From: Clostridia bacterium
Lineage (GTDB): Bacteria > Bacillota > Clostridia > Christensenellales > QALW01
Direction of reading: 5' to 3'
DNA: 64,000 nt
Assembly: GCA_045541035.1 (NCBI GenBank)
Contig: JAZQII010000049.1
Span: 12,225-76,224 of the forward strand
This document shows positions 19,659 through 28,196 of the stretch, piece by piece. A model generated the notes under the pieces. That model did no database searches. It had not been told where the DNA came from and was given only the letters and a program-made list of their open reading frames with translations. The stretch's first letter is position 1. Each line of letters opens with the position of its first letter. The position numbers and the translations under genes are program-made.

Positions 19659-20111
19659 ATGTGGAATTGGAAAAAATCAGTAGTTCTTTCCTATATCGTT
19701 TGTGTTTTGCTTATTTTGATTATTCTATCGGCATGTATATTGGCGCCCTTCTTTATAAGCGATTTCTTCGGCTTTCTTAATATTAAGGAAAATATAATAA
19801 AGCATAATACGTTTATGGGGTGTTTATATCCTTGTTCTGTCTTTGGAATAATCACTGTTCTTTCTTTAATGAAGATGCTTAAAAGAATTTATAACGGAAA
19901 TCCTTTTTGCAAAGCCAACGTCAGAAGTTTGAAACTTATTTCTGTTTGTTGTTTTTTAGTTGCAATCGTAATGCTTATCGGAAGTTTCTTCTGCAGAACG
20001 TTTATATTTATTGCGGCTGCTGCAGGCTTCTTTGGGTTAATTCTTCGTGTTGTCAAGAACGTTATTCATGCGGCTGTTAAGTTGCGCGAAGAAAATGATC
20101 TTACTGTATGA
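19659..20111 (+). CDS. DUF2975-like membrane protein
   Basis: Start at ATG 19659 (GGAGG RBS). About 4 TM helices. The usual partner of the following YozG-like HTH gene. Confidence 0.6.
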   Translation: MWNWKKSVVLSYIVCVLLILIILSACILAPFFISDFFGFLNIKENIIKHNTFMGCLYPCSVFGIITVLSLMKMLKRIYNGNPFCKANVRSLKLISVCCFLVAIVMLIGSFFCRTFIFIAAAAGFFGLILRVVKNVIHAAVKLREENDLTV

Positions 20112-20121
20112 GGTAGAAAAA

Positions 20122-20361
20122 ATGATAGTTATAAATCTTGATATAATGCTTGCAAAAAGAAAAATGTCTTCGCTGGAATTAGGCGAGAAAATAGGTCTGA
20201 CACAAGCAAATATTTCCATATTGAAAACGGGAAAAGCAAAGGCTATAAGATTTTCTACACTTGATAATATCTGTAAGGCATTAAACTGTCAGCCTGCGGA
20301 TATTTTAGAATATGTTGATGAGGAGGAGATCGACTATGATCAATGGCGGAATGCCCGATAA
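20122..20361 (+). CDS. small XRE/YozG-like HTH transcriptional regulator
   Basis: MIVINLDIMLAKRKMSSLELGEKIGLTQANISILKTGKAKAIRFSTL... is a classic short HTH_26-type regulator. The start at 20122 follows the stop of the upstream gene. Confidence 0.8.
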   Translation: MIVINLDIMLAKRKMSSLELGEKIGLTQANISILKTGKAKAIRFSTLDNICKALNCQPADILEYVDEEEIDYDQWRNAR

Positions 20362-21892
20362 TTTTAACGGGGGATATAATCAGAATAATTACTATATGCC
20401 ACCGCCCCAACCGATAAAAGAAAAGTATTCTATTGAAAAAAGAGATATGGTCTTTGTACTGTTAAGTTTGATTTGTGCAATTACTTGGGTAATTCTCACA
20501 CTTTGGGGCGGCTTTAAAGCAGGTTTTACGATCAGTTATTTATTTTTCTTTATTGTTACTTCTGTTTTTTTACATAAAAAAGGAGTAAAACCGGGGGCAT
20601 TCAGTTGCCTTGCGGGCATACTTGCGCTTGTAAGTGCTTTTGTTTTCGGATATTCCAACAATACCAGCGTAAATATTTATTTGTTTATTGCGATGTTTTT
20701 TGAAAGTGCTCTGTGGTTTTCGTCGCTTTGCGGTGTAAAGGATAACGGAAGCGAATTGTCAGTTATTACCCTTGGCTTTTCTACGGTTTTCGGTAAAGGT
20801 TTCGGTAAACTTCCTAAAACGTTAAGGTCTGTTTTTGATAATAAAAATGAGAAAATGAAAGGCGTCGGAAAGGTGCTTATAGGCATACTTTGCGCGTTGC
20901 CGTTACTTGTTATTGTAGTACCGTTGTTGATTGCTGCTGACGGTGCTTTTGAGGGACTTATCAGAAAAATAGGCGATAATATTGGCGAACTTATAGCGCA
21001 GATTGCAATAGGTATTCTTATTACTCCTTTTATTATTTCCTACGCTTTTGGCTTAAACAAAGATGAAAACAAAGAAAAACCCCAAAAGGAAATAAAAGGT
21101 ATTGATAACGCCTTTGTAATTTCATTTTTATCGGTGCTTTCAATTGTTTACGTTACTTACCTTTTTTCTCAACTTGCATATTTTGTTGATGCCTTTAAAG
21201 GTATTTTGCCTGAAACCTTTATTCCGTCAGCCTATGCGCGAAGAGGCTTTTTTGAAATGAGCATAATTGCAGGAATCAACTTTATCGTTATATATCTTGC
21301 ATTATTGCTTTCAAGAAAAAAAGAAAATAAAACGTCAAAAGCGGTGGGGGGAGTATGCACCTTTATTATTGTGTTTACGCTGTTCCTTATCGCTACGGCT
21401 CTTGCAAAAATGGTAATATATATCGGCTATTTCGGTATGACCGTTTTAAGAATCGGAACAAGCGCATTTATGATTTTTCTTGCAATCGTATTTATTGCGC
21501 TTATATTCAGATGCTTTATTAAAAAAGTTCCCGTTATTAAAATTGCGCTGGTTACGGCAACTTGTGTATTACTTGCCCTTGGTTTCATGAACGTTGGAAA
21601 ATTTGTTGCAGAATATAACGTTAATGCTTATAAGAACAATAAACTTCAAACTATTGACGTCAACACCATAAAAAAACAGGGAATGGCAGGCGTCCCCGCA
21701 CTTTACGACGTTTATAAAAACGTTCCTGAATATAAACTTAAAGCCGAAAAAGCGTTAACGGCTCTTTATAAAGAGACCGTTGAAAATGAACGCGAAATAG
21801 GTGATTGGTCAATAACTGATCAGATTGGTTATGACGTTTTAGATAAATTTGCAGAAGAAAAACAATTAAAAGAAATATTTTTCTTGAAATAG
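20336..21892 (+). CDS. large polytopic membrane protein (DUF4173-like)
   Basis: Start at ATG 20336 (GAGGAGGAG 7 nt upstream), overlapping the HTH gene by 26 nt. N/Q/P-rich N-terminus followed by more than 10 TM helices. Confidence 0.55.
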   Translation: MINGGMPDNFNGGYNQNNYYMPPPQPIKEKYSIEKRDMVFVLLSLICAITWVILTLWGGFKAGFTISYLFFFIVTSVFLHKKGVKPGAFSCLAGILALVSAFVFGYSNNTSVNIYLFIAMFFESALWFSSLCGVKDNGSELSVITLGFSTVFGKGFGKLPKTLRSVFDNKNEKMKGVGKVLIGILCALPLLVIVVPLLIAADGAFEGLIRKIGDNIGELIAQIAIGILITPFIISYAFGLNKDENKEKPQKEIKGIDNAFVISFLSVLSIVYVTYLFSQLAYFVDAFKGILPETFIPSAYARRGFFEMSIIAGINFIVIYLALLLSRKKENKTSKAVGGVCTFIIVFTLFLIATALAKMVIYIGYFGMTVLRIGTSAFMIFLAIVFIALIFRCFIKKVPVIKIALVTATCVLLALGFMNVGKFVAEYNVNAYKNNKLQTIDVNTIKKQGMAGVPALYDVYKNVPEYKLKAEKALTALYKETVENEREIGDWSITDQIGYDVLDKFAEEKQLKEIFFLK

Positions 21893-21942
21893 AAACCATA
21901 ATGTGTTAAAATATATAAAATTATATTTTAGGATGGATTTCT

Positions 21943-24015
21943 ATGGCTAAAGACGGTTTTTCTGCTGCGGAAATATTTAATACCCGAATTGATGATGAAT
22001 ATACCGCCGATCCCATTGTGGACGATGTGCAAGAACCCGAAATAATTGAAGAATTTATAGAGGAACCTTTGAAAAAAGAGGAGCCTTCGGCTGTTGTGCC
22101 CGAAGAACCTTTAAAAGAGGTTCCTTTAGTTAATATTGTTTCTGAAACGGAAGAGTCTTTTGTTTTTGAACGTGAAGAAGAAATTCCGCAAAAAGAAATA
22201 AAAATTGATTTTTCAAAAATAAAAGAAAAAGTCTCAAAAATAAAACTTCCCCAAAGGAAGAAAAAACTTCCCAAAAACGAACCTGAAGAAAATATTGTTG
22301 AAGAAGTTATTATTGAAGAACCGTTAACTCCTCAAAAAAGAAAAAAGAAAATAATCTTTACTTCGCTTATGGTTGCATCTGCGGCTCTTGTTTTCATTCT
22401 CTTTGCAGTATTTTTGTTGCAACAGTATCTTTTTGTAATGCCCAGCCATGATGACTACGGTTATGCCACTTTAAGTTACGTATATTGGGAAGAGGGAATG
22501 TGGGGCCAAAACTTTTCCATGGAACAACTTGTTCACTACCTTACCCAGCACTATAACCGTTGGGGCGGGCGTGTTTTAAGTTTCGGTCAGTCTATATTGC
22601 TTTTAAGGGAAGGTCTTGATTTCGCGCAAGGCTTCCATGCCATAACTTTGTGCGCAACGTTTTTGCTTGCCTTCTTGTTTGCGCAGAATGGAAAGAAAAC
22701 AAAACTTCTGCCTATTTCAGCGCTGTTTGCCGTATCAATGTTCGGTTTTATCAGTAAAAATATTTCTATAAGCGGGTTTTATTGGTACTGCGCCGCCATT
22801 TTATATACCGTTCCCATACTCTATGTTTTTGTTGGCGCATGGCTTATGTATATAATGCTTCTTGATAAGCGCGAAAAAATGATTTCGCCTGCAAAACTGA
22901 TGATGCTTCCCTTTGCAACGGTGATATTCTTCTTTGCCGGGTGGTCAATGGAACAAGTAGGTATTTTTGCAGTTGTAACTTCGGCTTCAATGCTTGTGTA
23001 CGCCTGCTTTAAAAGAAGAAATCCGTTAGTTCTTATTTACGGTGTTCCGCCCTTTGTTTCCTCGGTAATAGGTTGCCATATTCTTATAAATGCAATCGGT
23101 AATAATTCAAGGCAGAACAGCCATGCAGATTACTATAATTTGCCTTTTTCAAAACAGATCCTTGCAAGCGGTGATACTATCGCAAGAACTCTTTTTGCAA
23201 ACAAAAATATTCTGATGGTAATAGTGCTTGCACTTGTTACTGTTTGTGCCGCAGTGTTTATAATGCGCAAAAAGAAAAATATATTTACGTATTCCTTATT
23301 GGGAATAAACGCGCTTCTTGCATCACTTTCCGTTGCTGTAAGTGCAAATAACTTTTTCAGCGAAAAGATATCAATGCTCATGTGGTTATATCTATTTGTT
23401 ATGGCAATAACCGTAACTATATGGCTCTTTTCTTCAAAGAAAAAGCAGGATTTCCTTTTATGGGCATTATTCTTTGGATCCCTTGCATCGCAGGCGGCGT
23501 GTTTGATCGCACCTATTTTCCCCGATAGATGTTTAATGATGTTCATTTTAACTCTTGTTGCCATTGCAACACGCGCTTTTAATGAGGTGCTTTCAATTTT
23601 TGAAACTTTCAATAAGAAAAAAGCCGTGTCTTGCATTTTAAGTGTAACGCTTGCGGTCGTGATGATCGGTTCAATCGGCGCATTGCAGGTCTATAAAGGC
23701 TTTGAGGAAAATGACCGCGTTCAACAGTATAACCACAAGATTCTTGAAGTAACCGGCAAAATGTACGATGAGTTTGACGTTGTTGTTGATGAAATTCCTT
23801 TAATGCGACTTAAAGATGATGCTTATGCAGGTTCAACACAGCCTTACGGCAGAGATCTTATTAAAGACTGGATGAAAATATATTATAAACTTCCCGATAA
23901 TCTTGAGTATGAAGATTTTATTTATGAAGAATATAATGAAACCCGAATCGTCGAACTTGAAGAATTTTTGAAAGAAACCGAAAATAAATACGCTGAACTT
24001 AAAAATAATGCTTGA
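21943..24015 (+). CDS. polytopic membrane protein with charged N-terminal extension, possibly a GT-C-like glycosyltransferase
   Basis: 690 aa. The first ~130 aa are E/K/P-rich. About 12 TM helices follow, with an HDDYGY motif right after TM1. Functional call is tentative. Confidence 0.4.
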   Translation: MAKDGFSAAEIFNTRIDDEYTADPIVDDVQEPEIIEEFIEEPLKKEEPSAVVPEEPLKEVPLVNIVSETEESFVFEREEEIPQKEIKIDFSKIKEKVSKIKLPQRKKKLPKNEPEENIVEEVIIEEPLTPQKRKKKIIFTSLMVASAALVFILFAVFLLQQYLFVMPSHDDYGYATLSYVYWEEGMWGQNFSMEQLVHYLTQHYNRWGGRVLSFGQSILLLREGLDFAQGFHAITLCATFLLAFLFAQNGKKTKLLPISALFAVSMFGFISKNISISGFYWYCAAILYTVPILYVFVGAWLMYIMLLDKREKMISPAKLMMLPFATVIFFFAGWSMEQVGIFAVVTSASMLVYACFKRRNPLVLIYGVPPFVSSVIGCHILINAIGNNSRQNSHADYYNLPFSKQILASGDTIARTLFANKNILMVIVLALVTVCAAVFIMRKKKNIFTYSLLGINALLASLSVAVSANNFFSEKISMLMWLYLFVMAITVTIWLFSSKKKQDFLLWALFFGSLASQAACLIAPIFPDRCLMMFILTLVAIATRAFNEVLSIFETFNKKKAVSCILSVTLAVVMIGSIGALQVYKGFEENDRVQQYNHKILEVTGKMYDEFDVVVDEIPLMRLKDDAYAGSTQPYGRDLIKDWMKIYYKLPDNLEYEDFIYEEYNETRIVELEEFLKETENKYAELKNNA

Positions 24016-24040
24016 CGATTTTATCTCTTTATTGTATAAT
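24012..24040 (+). promoter_or_regulatory. promoter of tRNA-Trp
   Basis: TTGACG - 17 nt - TATAAT. Confidence 0.6.
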
Positions 24041-24081
24041 TACCCAGGTAAATAAGGAAACGAAAAACGTTTCCTTTATAT

Positions 24082-24156
24082 AGGGGAGTGGCTCAACGGT
24101 AGAGTAGCGGTCTCCAAAACCGTAGGTTGCGTGTTCGAATCGCGTCTCCCCTGCCA
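24082..24156 (+). tRNA. tRNA-Trp (anticodon CCA)
   Basis: Acceptor AGGGGAG/CTCCCCT, anticodon stem GCGGT/ACCGT with loop CTCCAAA, T-loop TTCGAAT, encoded CCA. Confidence 0.9.
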
Positions 24157-24160
24157 TGTA

Positions 24161-24197
24161 AAAAACTCTTTTGTCTACTTGACAAAAGAGTTTTTTT
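24161..24197 (+). terminator. intrinsic terminator after tRNA-Trp
   Basis: CTCTTTTGTC / GACAAAAGAG 10-bp stem followed by T7. Confidence 0.8.
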
Positions 24198-24204
24198 ACA
24201 ATGA

Positions 24205-24353
24205 TATTCGTTCCTTGAGGAATGGGTGATATATCCTGCGGGTATGATATCTGCTTTGCAGATGATATACGTTTCGCGTATGAAGGAACGGATATTATAT
24301 CATGCTTGCGAAGCAAGTATATCACATCGCGCAAGCGATATATCATTGAAATA
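24205..24353. repeat. tandem array of six short hairpins with (G)ATAT(A/C) flanks
   Basis: Hairpins at 24209-24224, 24231-24245, 24248-24264, 24267-24281, 24302-24320 and 24326-24339. Stems are 5-8 bp and loops are TTGA, TGC, TTT, TTTCG, GAA and GCAA. Stem sequences differ between units but stay complementary. Confidence 0.6.
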
Positions 24354-24374
24354 TTTTATGGGTTATGTTATAAT
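24346..24374 (+). promoter_or_regulatory. promoter with its -35 inside the repeat end
   Basis: TTGAAA - 17 nt - TATAAT upstream of the 24432 gene. Confidence 0.55.
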
Positions 24375-24431
24375 CGATTTAGAAAAAGCTAATTTATTTG
24401 ACGATTTAAAATCTACGTTGGAGATATTGAA

Positions 24432-24878
24432 ATGAAAAACTGCAATGTATCTTTTTATGGATATAATGACGGTAAAGCCATTGAAATCTATAGTTGCATA
24501 AAGTTATTCTTTCCAACTGTAATTTCAATCATGGTATCACTTATACTTTCTGTCGTTTCTTATCTGTTGCGTAATCCTTATTTTCTTGTGACTTGGATTT
24601 TTTCAATTATTATGTTATTTGCATATGTTCTTTGCCTTTGTCTTACAAGGTATAATGATACAGTGCTTCTTGAAGGAACAAAGAAAAAGCATAAATTTAT
24701 TATAGAAAATGGGGTTTTGATAAGAGATGGAAAATCCATCAAAAAAGACGGAATAAAAGTGTATGCTTTTAAAAAATTTATTTTTCTGATAACTAAAAAA
24801 TCTTATTATAGAGTTCCAAATGAAGAATTTATAGGAATAACTCGTGAAAAATTTTTGCAATTTATGAATAATAAATAG
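24432..24878 (+). CDS. hypothetical membrane protein (two central TM helices)
   Basis: 148 aa. GGAG RBS (24421-24424). Flanked by direct copies of the repeat end. Confidence 0.55.
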   Translation: MKNCNVSFYGYNDGKAIEIYSCIKLFFPTVISIMVSLILSVVSYLLRNPYFLVTWIFSIIMLFAYVLCLCLTRYNDTVLLEGTKKKHKFIIENGVLIRDGKSIKKDGIKVYAFKKFIFLITKKSYYRVPNEEFIGITREKFLQFMNNK

Positions 24879-24884
24879 AAGCAT

Positions 24885-24920
24885 GTATCCATATCACATC
24901 AACGATATATCATTGAAATG
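24885..24920. repeat. second partial copy of the hairpin-array 3' end
   Basis: GTATCCATATCACATCAACGATATATCATTGAAAT compared with GTATATCACATCGCGCAAGCGATATATCATTGAAAT at 24317-24352. Confidence 0.6.
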
Positions 24921-24941
24921 AGCAACAACTTGTGTTATAAT
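24913..24941 (+). promoter_or_regulatory. duplicated promoter
   Basis: TTGAAA - 17 nt - TATAAT, the same architecture as at 24346-24374. Confidence 0.55.
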
Positions 24942-24963
24942 TAACTTGAAAGAAGGTGTGTTG

Positions 24964-25341
24964 ATGTCAGATTGGCGACTAAACGGTCAAGAGAAGTATT
25001 TGAAAAATAAAACTCTCTATAAAATTACGTTCCCAACATTTTGGGGAATTGCCTATAGAGATAAGAATATCTTTTTTCAAAGAGTTGAACGATATGCTAA
25101 AAAGCATGTTGAAGAAACAAACTGCGGACATGAATTTCTTCAAGGAGAACAGATTCAACACTTTTGGCACGAACATTGCGATTTTTGTTGGGAAAAAGCA
25201 TTAACAGACAAAGCATGCACGTTTTATTGTACTGAAGATATGCACTATTGGATATGTGAAGAGTGCTTTAGTGATTTTAAAAATAAGTTTAATTGGCAGG
25301 AAAAAGCAGCAGAAGAGTTGTTGACAGATTTTTGCAATTAA
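24964..25341 (+). CDS. Cys/His-rich hypothetical protein
   Basis: 125 aa from ATG 24964 (GAAGGTG RBS). Contains HEHCDFCWEK...CTFYC...HYWICEECF. Confidence 0.55.
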   Translation: MSDWRLNGQEKYLKNKTLYKITFPTFWGIAYRDKNIFFQRVERYAKKHVEETNCGHEFLQGEQIQHFWHEHCDFCWEKALTDKACTFYCTEDMHYWICEECFSDFKNKFNWQEKAAEELLTDFCN

Positions 25342-25361
25342 AAAGAAAAGGATAAAAAATT

Positions 25362-26033
25362 ATGGTAAACATCGGTAATGATTGGGACGAATATTTAAAA
25401 GGGGAGTTTGATAAAGAGTATTATCTTAAACTTCGTGAATTTTTAAAAAAAGAATATTTTTCGCGAACTATTTATCCAAATATGCACGATATTTTTAATG
25501 CTCTAAAATATACGCCCTTATCTGACGTGCGCGTAGTTATTCTCGGTCAGGATCCCTATCATGGTCCAAATCAGGCTCATGGTCTGTGCTTTTCGGTAAA
25601 ACGGGGAGTTGAACCACCGCCGTCGTTAAAAAATATTTATAAAGAAATGAAATCAGATTTAGGCGTTGATCAGCCTGATCACGGTGAACTTACTTCATGG
25701 GCGAAAGACGGAGTTTTAATGCTTAACGCAGTTCTTACCGTTCAGGCAGGCAATGCAAATTCCCATAAAAATAAAGGCTGGGAAGAATTTACCGATAGAG
25801 TCATAAAACTTGTAAACGATAATGCCGATCCTTGTGTTTTCTTGTTGTGGGGTGGAAATGCCCGCGCAAAACAAGGACTTATAACAAATCCAAAGCATCT
25901 TGTTTTAACTTGTGCACATCCAAGTCCCTTATCTGCATATAACGGATTTTTCGGATGTAAACATTTTTCAAAAGCCAATGAATTTTTGATTAAAAATAAC
26001 AGAAAACCCGTTCAATGGCAACTGCCACAATAA
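25362..26033 (+). CDS. ung: uracil-DNA glycosylase
   Basis: GQDPYHGPNQAHGLCFSV and HPSPLSA motifs. Confidence 0.95.
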   Translation: MVNIGNDWDEYLKGEFDKEYYLKLREFLKKEYFSRTIYPNMHDIFNALKYTPLSDVRVVILGQDPYHGPNQAHGLCFSVKRGVEPPPSLKNIYKEMKSDLGVDQPDHGELTSWAKDGVLMLNAVLTVQAGNANSHKNKGWEEFTDRVIKLVNDNADPCVFLLWGGNARAKQGLITNPKHLVLTCAHPSPLSAYNGFFGCKHFSKANEFLIKNNRKPVQWQLPQ

Positions 26034-26038
26034 ATTTT

Positions 26039-26067
26039 AAACCGTCTGTATTACAGACGGTTTTTTT
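26039..26067 (+). terminator. intrinsic terminator
   Basis: CCGTCTG / CAGACGG stem extended by A/T pairs, followed by T7. Confidence 0.75.
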
Positions 26068-26104
26068 GCATATAATTTACTACTTTTAAAGGATGGGGGA
26101 TATT

Positions 26105-26809
26105 ATGCAAAGTAAGTTAAAAGAAGCTTTTGTAATAAACATGATAATCGTTGTGATGCTTTTTATTATCGGCGGATATTCGGCACGGGAGGGTATGAGC
26201 GTCGAAACTTTTATGATGCAAAATGAGCCTATCTATAAAATCGAAACGGAAGAAAAAACGATCTCCTTGATGATAAACGTTTATCAGGGAGAAGAATATG
26301 TAAAAGAGTATCTTAAATTGTTTGAAAAAGAAGATATAAAGGCTACTTTCTTTTTAGGCGGAAGTTGGATAGCAAAAAACACCGAACTTGTAAAAGAAAT
26401 ATATGATTTAGGGCACGAAATCGGTAATCATGGGTATAATCATAAAATGCACACTAAACTTACAAGTGAAGAAAGTAAAAAAGAAATAAACAGAACAAAT
26501 GAACTTATTCGCGAAATTACGGGGCAGAAATGTATTTTGTTTGCGCCGCCGTCAGGCGACGTAAATGAAAAGGTCGTAGCCGAGGCTTTAGATTGCGGCT
26601 GCAAAACTATAATGTGGTCGGCAGATACCATTGATTGGCGAGATCAGGACGTTAAAAAAATATATTCCCGTGTTGAAAGAAATTTAAAACCTGGCGTGCT
26701 TGTTCTTATGCACCCGACGGAGGCAACTTTAAAAGCGCTTCCTGATATAATTCTCCTTGCCAAAGCCAAAGGATACACCTTTAAAACGGTAGGTGAACAA
26801 CTAAAATAA
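26105..26809 (+). CDS. polysaccharide deacetylase (NodB family)
   Basis: N-terminal TM helix. TFFLGG and HGYNH motifs. Start at ATG 26105 behind GGATGGGGG. Confidence 0.85.
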   Translation: MQSKLKEAFVINMIIVVMLFIIGGYSAREGMSVETFMMQNEPIYKIETEEKTISLMINVYQGEEYVKEYLKLFEKEDIKATFFLGGSWIAKNTELVKEIYDLGHEIGNHGYNHKMHTKLTSEESKKEINRTNELIREITGQKCILFAPPSGDVNEKVVAEALDCGCKTIMWSADTIDWRDQDVKKIYSRVERNLKPGVLVLMHPTEATLKALPDIILLAKAKGYTFKTVGEQLK

Positions 26810-26870
26810 TATTTGCAATAATTCCGTTAATAATATATAATATAAATATATTATTATGGGAGAATATGTC

Positions 26871-28133
26871 ATGGAGATTTTTACACTTTCAAACGGTGTT
26901 CGTGTGGCAATGGAAAACTTGCCTTATTTAAGAAGCATTTCGGTTGGTATATGGGTAGGCGCAGGCTGTTTTGCAGAGAATGAAAAAAACAACGGTATTT
27001 CGCATTTTATTGAGCATATGCTCTTTAAAGGTACCGAAAAAAGAAATGCTATGGAAATTGCCAATTGCATTGATTCTCTCGGCGGTCAACTTAACGCCTT
27101 TACTGCAAAGGAATGCACTTGCTATTACGTAAATATTTTAAGTGAGCATTACGGCATGGCAATAGATCTTCTTTGTGATATGATTCTTAATTCCCGTCTT
27201 GACGAAAAAGATATTGAAAGGGAAAAGGGTGTTGTATGTGAAGAGATCGCCATGGTTGAAGATACTCCTGATGATCTTGCACATGAAAACCTTGCAAAGG
27301 CTTTTTACGGAAATCATACTTTAGGAAAAACCATTCTCGGCACGCAGGAAACAGTAAGAAACATAACAAGTTCAGATATGCGCGCATATATGAAAGAAAC
27401 GTATTCGCCTGAAAATATCGTTGTTTCCGTGGCAGGATGCTTTGATAAAAATGCGGTCATAAATATGCTTGAAGATAAACTCGGAAGCAAACTGAAAGGT
27501 CAGGGTAAACCGCAGGAAGCGCCAATATTATCTAAACCGCAGGGAGATATAATTCTTGTGAACAAAGATATTGAACAAGTTAATTTATGCCTTGCTCTGC
27601 CCGGCGTTTCCCAGACAAGTGAAGATTACTTTGCTCAAAGTATGATAGCAAACATTTTTGGCGGAGGTATGTCAAGCCGTCTTTTTCAACGCGTAAGAGA
27701 ACAGAACGGAATGACTTATGCCATTTATGCATATCTTTCCGCAACGGTAAACAGCGGAATGCTCTCTATTTATGCAGGCATGAATCCAAATCAGGCAAAA
27801 AAAGTTTTTGAACTTATTAAAGATGAAGCGGACAAGCTTTTGAAAGACGGTATTACAAAAAAAGAGTTTGTGGAAGCCAAGGAACAACTTAAAGGCAGTT
27901 TTGTTCTCGGCCTTGAAAGCGCGGTTGCAAGAATGAACCGTAACGGCAGAGTTCTTCTTTTGAACGGAAAAGTTCTTACGCTTGATGAAGTAATCGGCGA
28001 AATCAACGGCGTAACAGAAGAGGATATTAAGAAAAATATCAGCGCTATGTTTGATTTTTCGCAGTTGAGCGCATCGGTTGTAGGGAAAGTTCAGAAAAAT
28101 GACGATTTTTACACTATGCTGACACAGAAATAA
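26871..28133 (+). CDS. M16 family (pitrilysin-like) zinc peptidase
   Basis: HFIEHMLFKGT inverted zinc motif (HxxEH). Start at ATG 26871 behind GGGAGA. Confidence 0.85.
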   Translation: MEIFTLSNGVRVAMENLPYLRSISVGIWVGAGCFAENEKNNGISHFIEHMLFKGTEKRNAMEIANCIDSLGGQLNAFTAKECTCYYVNILSEHYGMAIDLLCDMILNSRLDEKDIEREKGVVCEEIAMVEDTPDDLAHENLAKAFYGNHTLGKTILGTQETVRNITSSDMRAYMKETYSPENIVVSVAGCFDKNAVINMLEDKLGSKLKGQGKPQEAPILSKPQGDIILVNKDIEQVNLCLALPGVSQTSEDYFAQSMIANIFGGGMSSRLFQRVREQNGMTYAIYAYLSATVNSGMLSIYAGMNPNQAKKVFELIKDEADKLLKDGITKKEFVEAKEQLKGSFVLGLESAVARMNRNGRVLLLNGKVLTLDEVIGEINGVTEEDIKKNISAMFDFSQLSASVVGKVQKNDDFYTMLTQK

Positions 28134-28196
28134 CTTTATTTTATAAAGAAAGTATGTTATAATATATTATTATATAAACAAAAGTGGGGTAAGTAA

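Noticed and set aside
24209-24290. Possible tRNA-like cloverleaf (closing helix CGTTCC/GGAACG around three hairpins)
   Set aside because: The arm loops are only 3-5 nt, there are no D- or T-loop consensus elements, and there is no acceptor end. It is better described as part of a REP-like hairpin array.
24029-24435. Track ORFs 24029-24346 (minus) and 24226-24435 (plus)
   Set aside because: The first is antisense to tRNA-Trp and its terminator. Both are read-throughs of the palindromic hairpin array, which gives repetitive DIS/IY peptides on either strand. Neither has an RBS.
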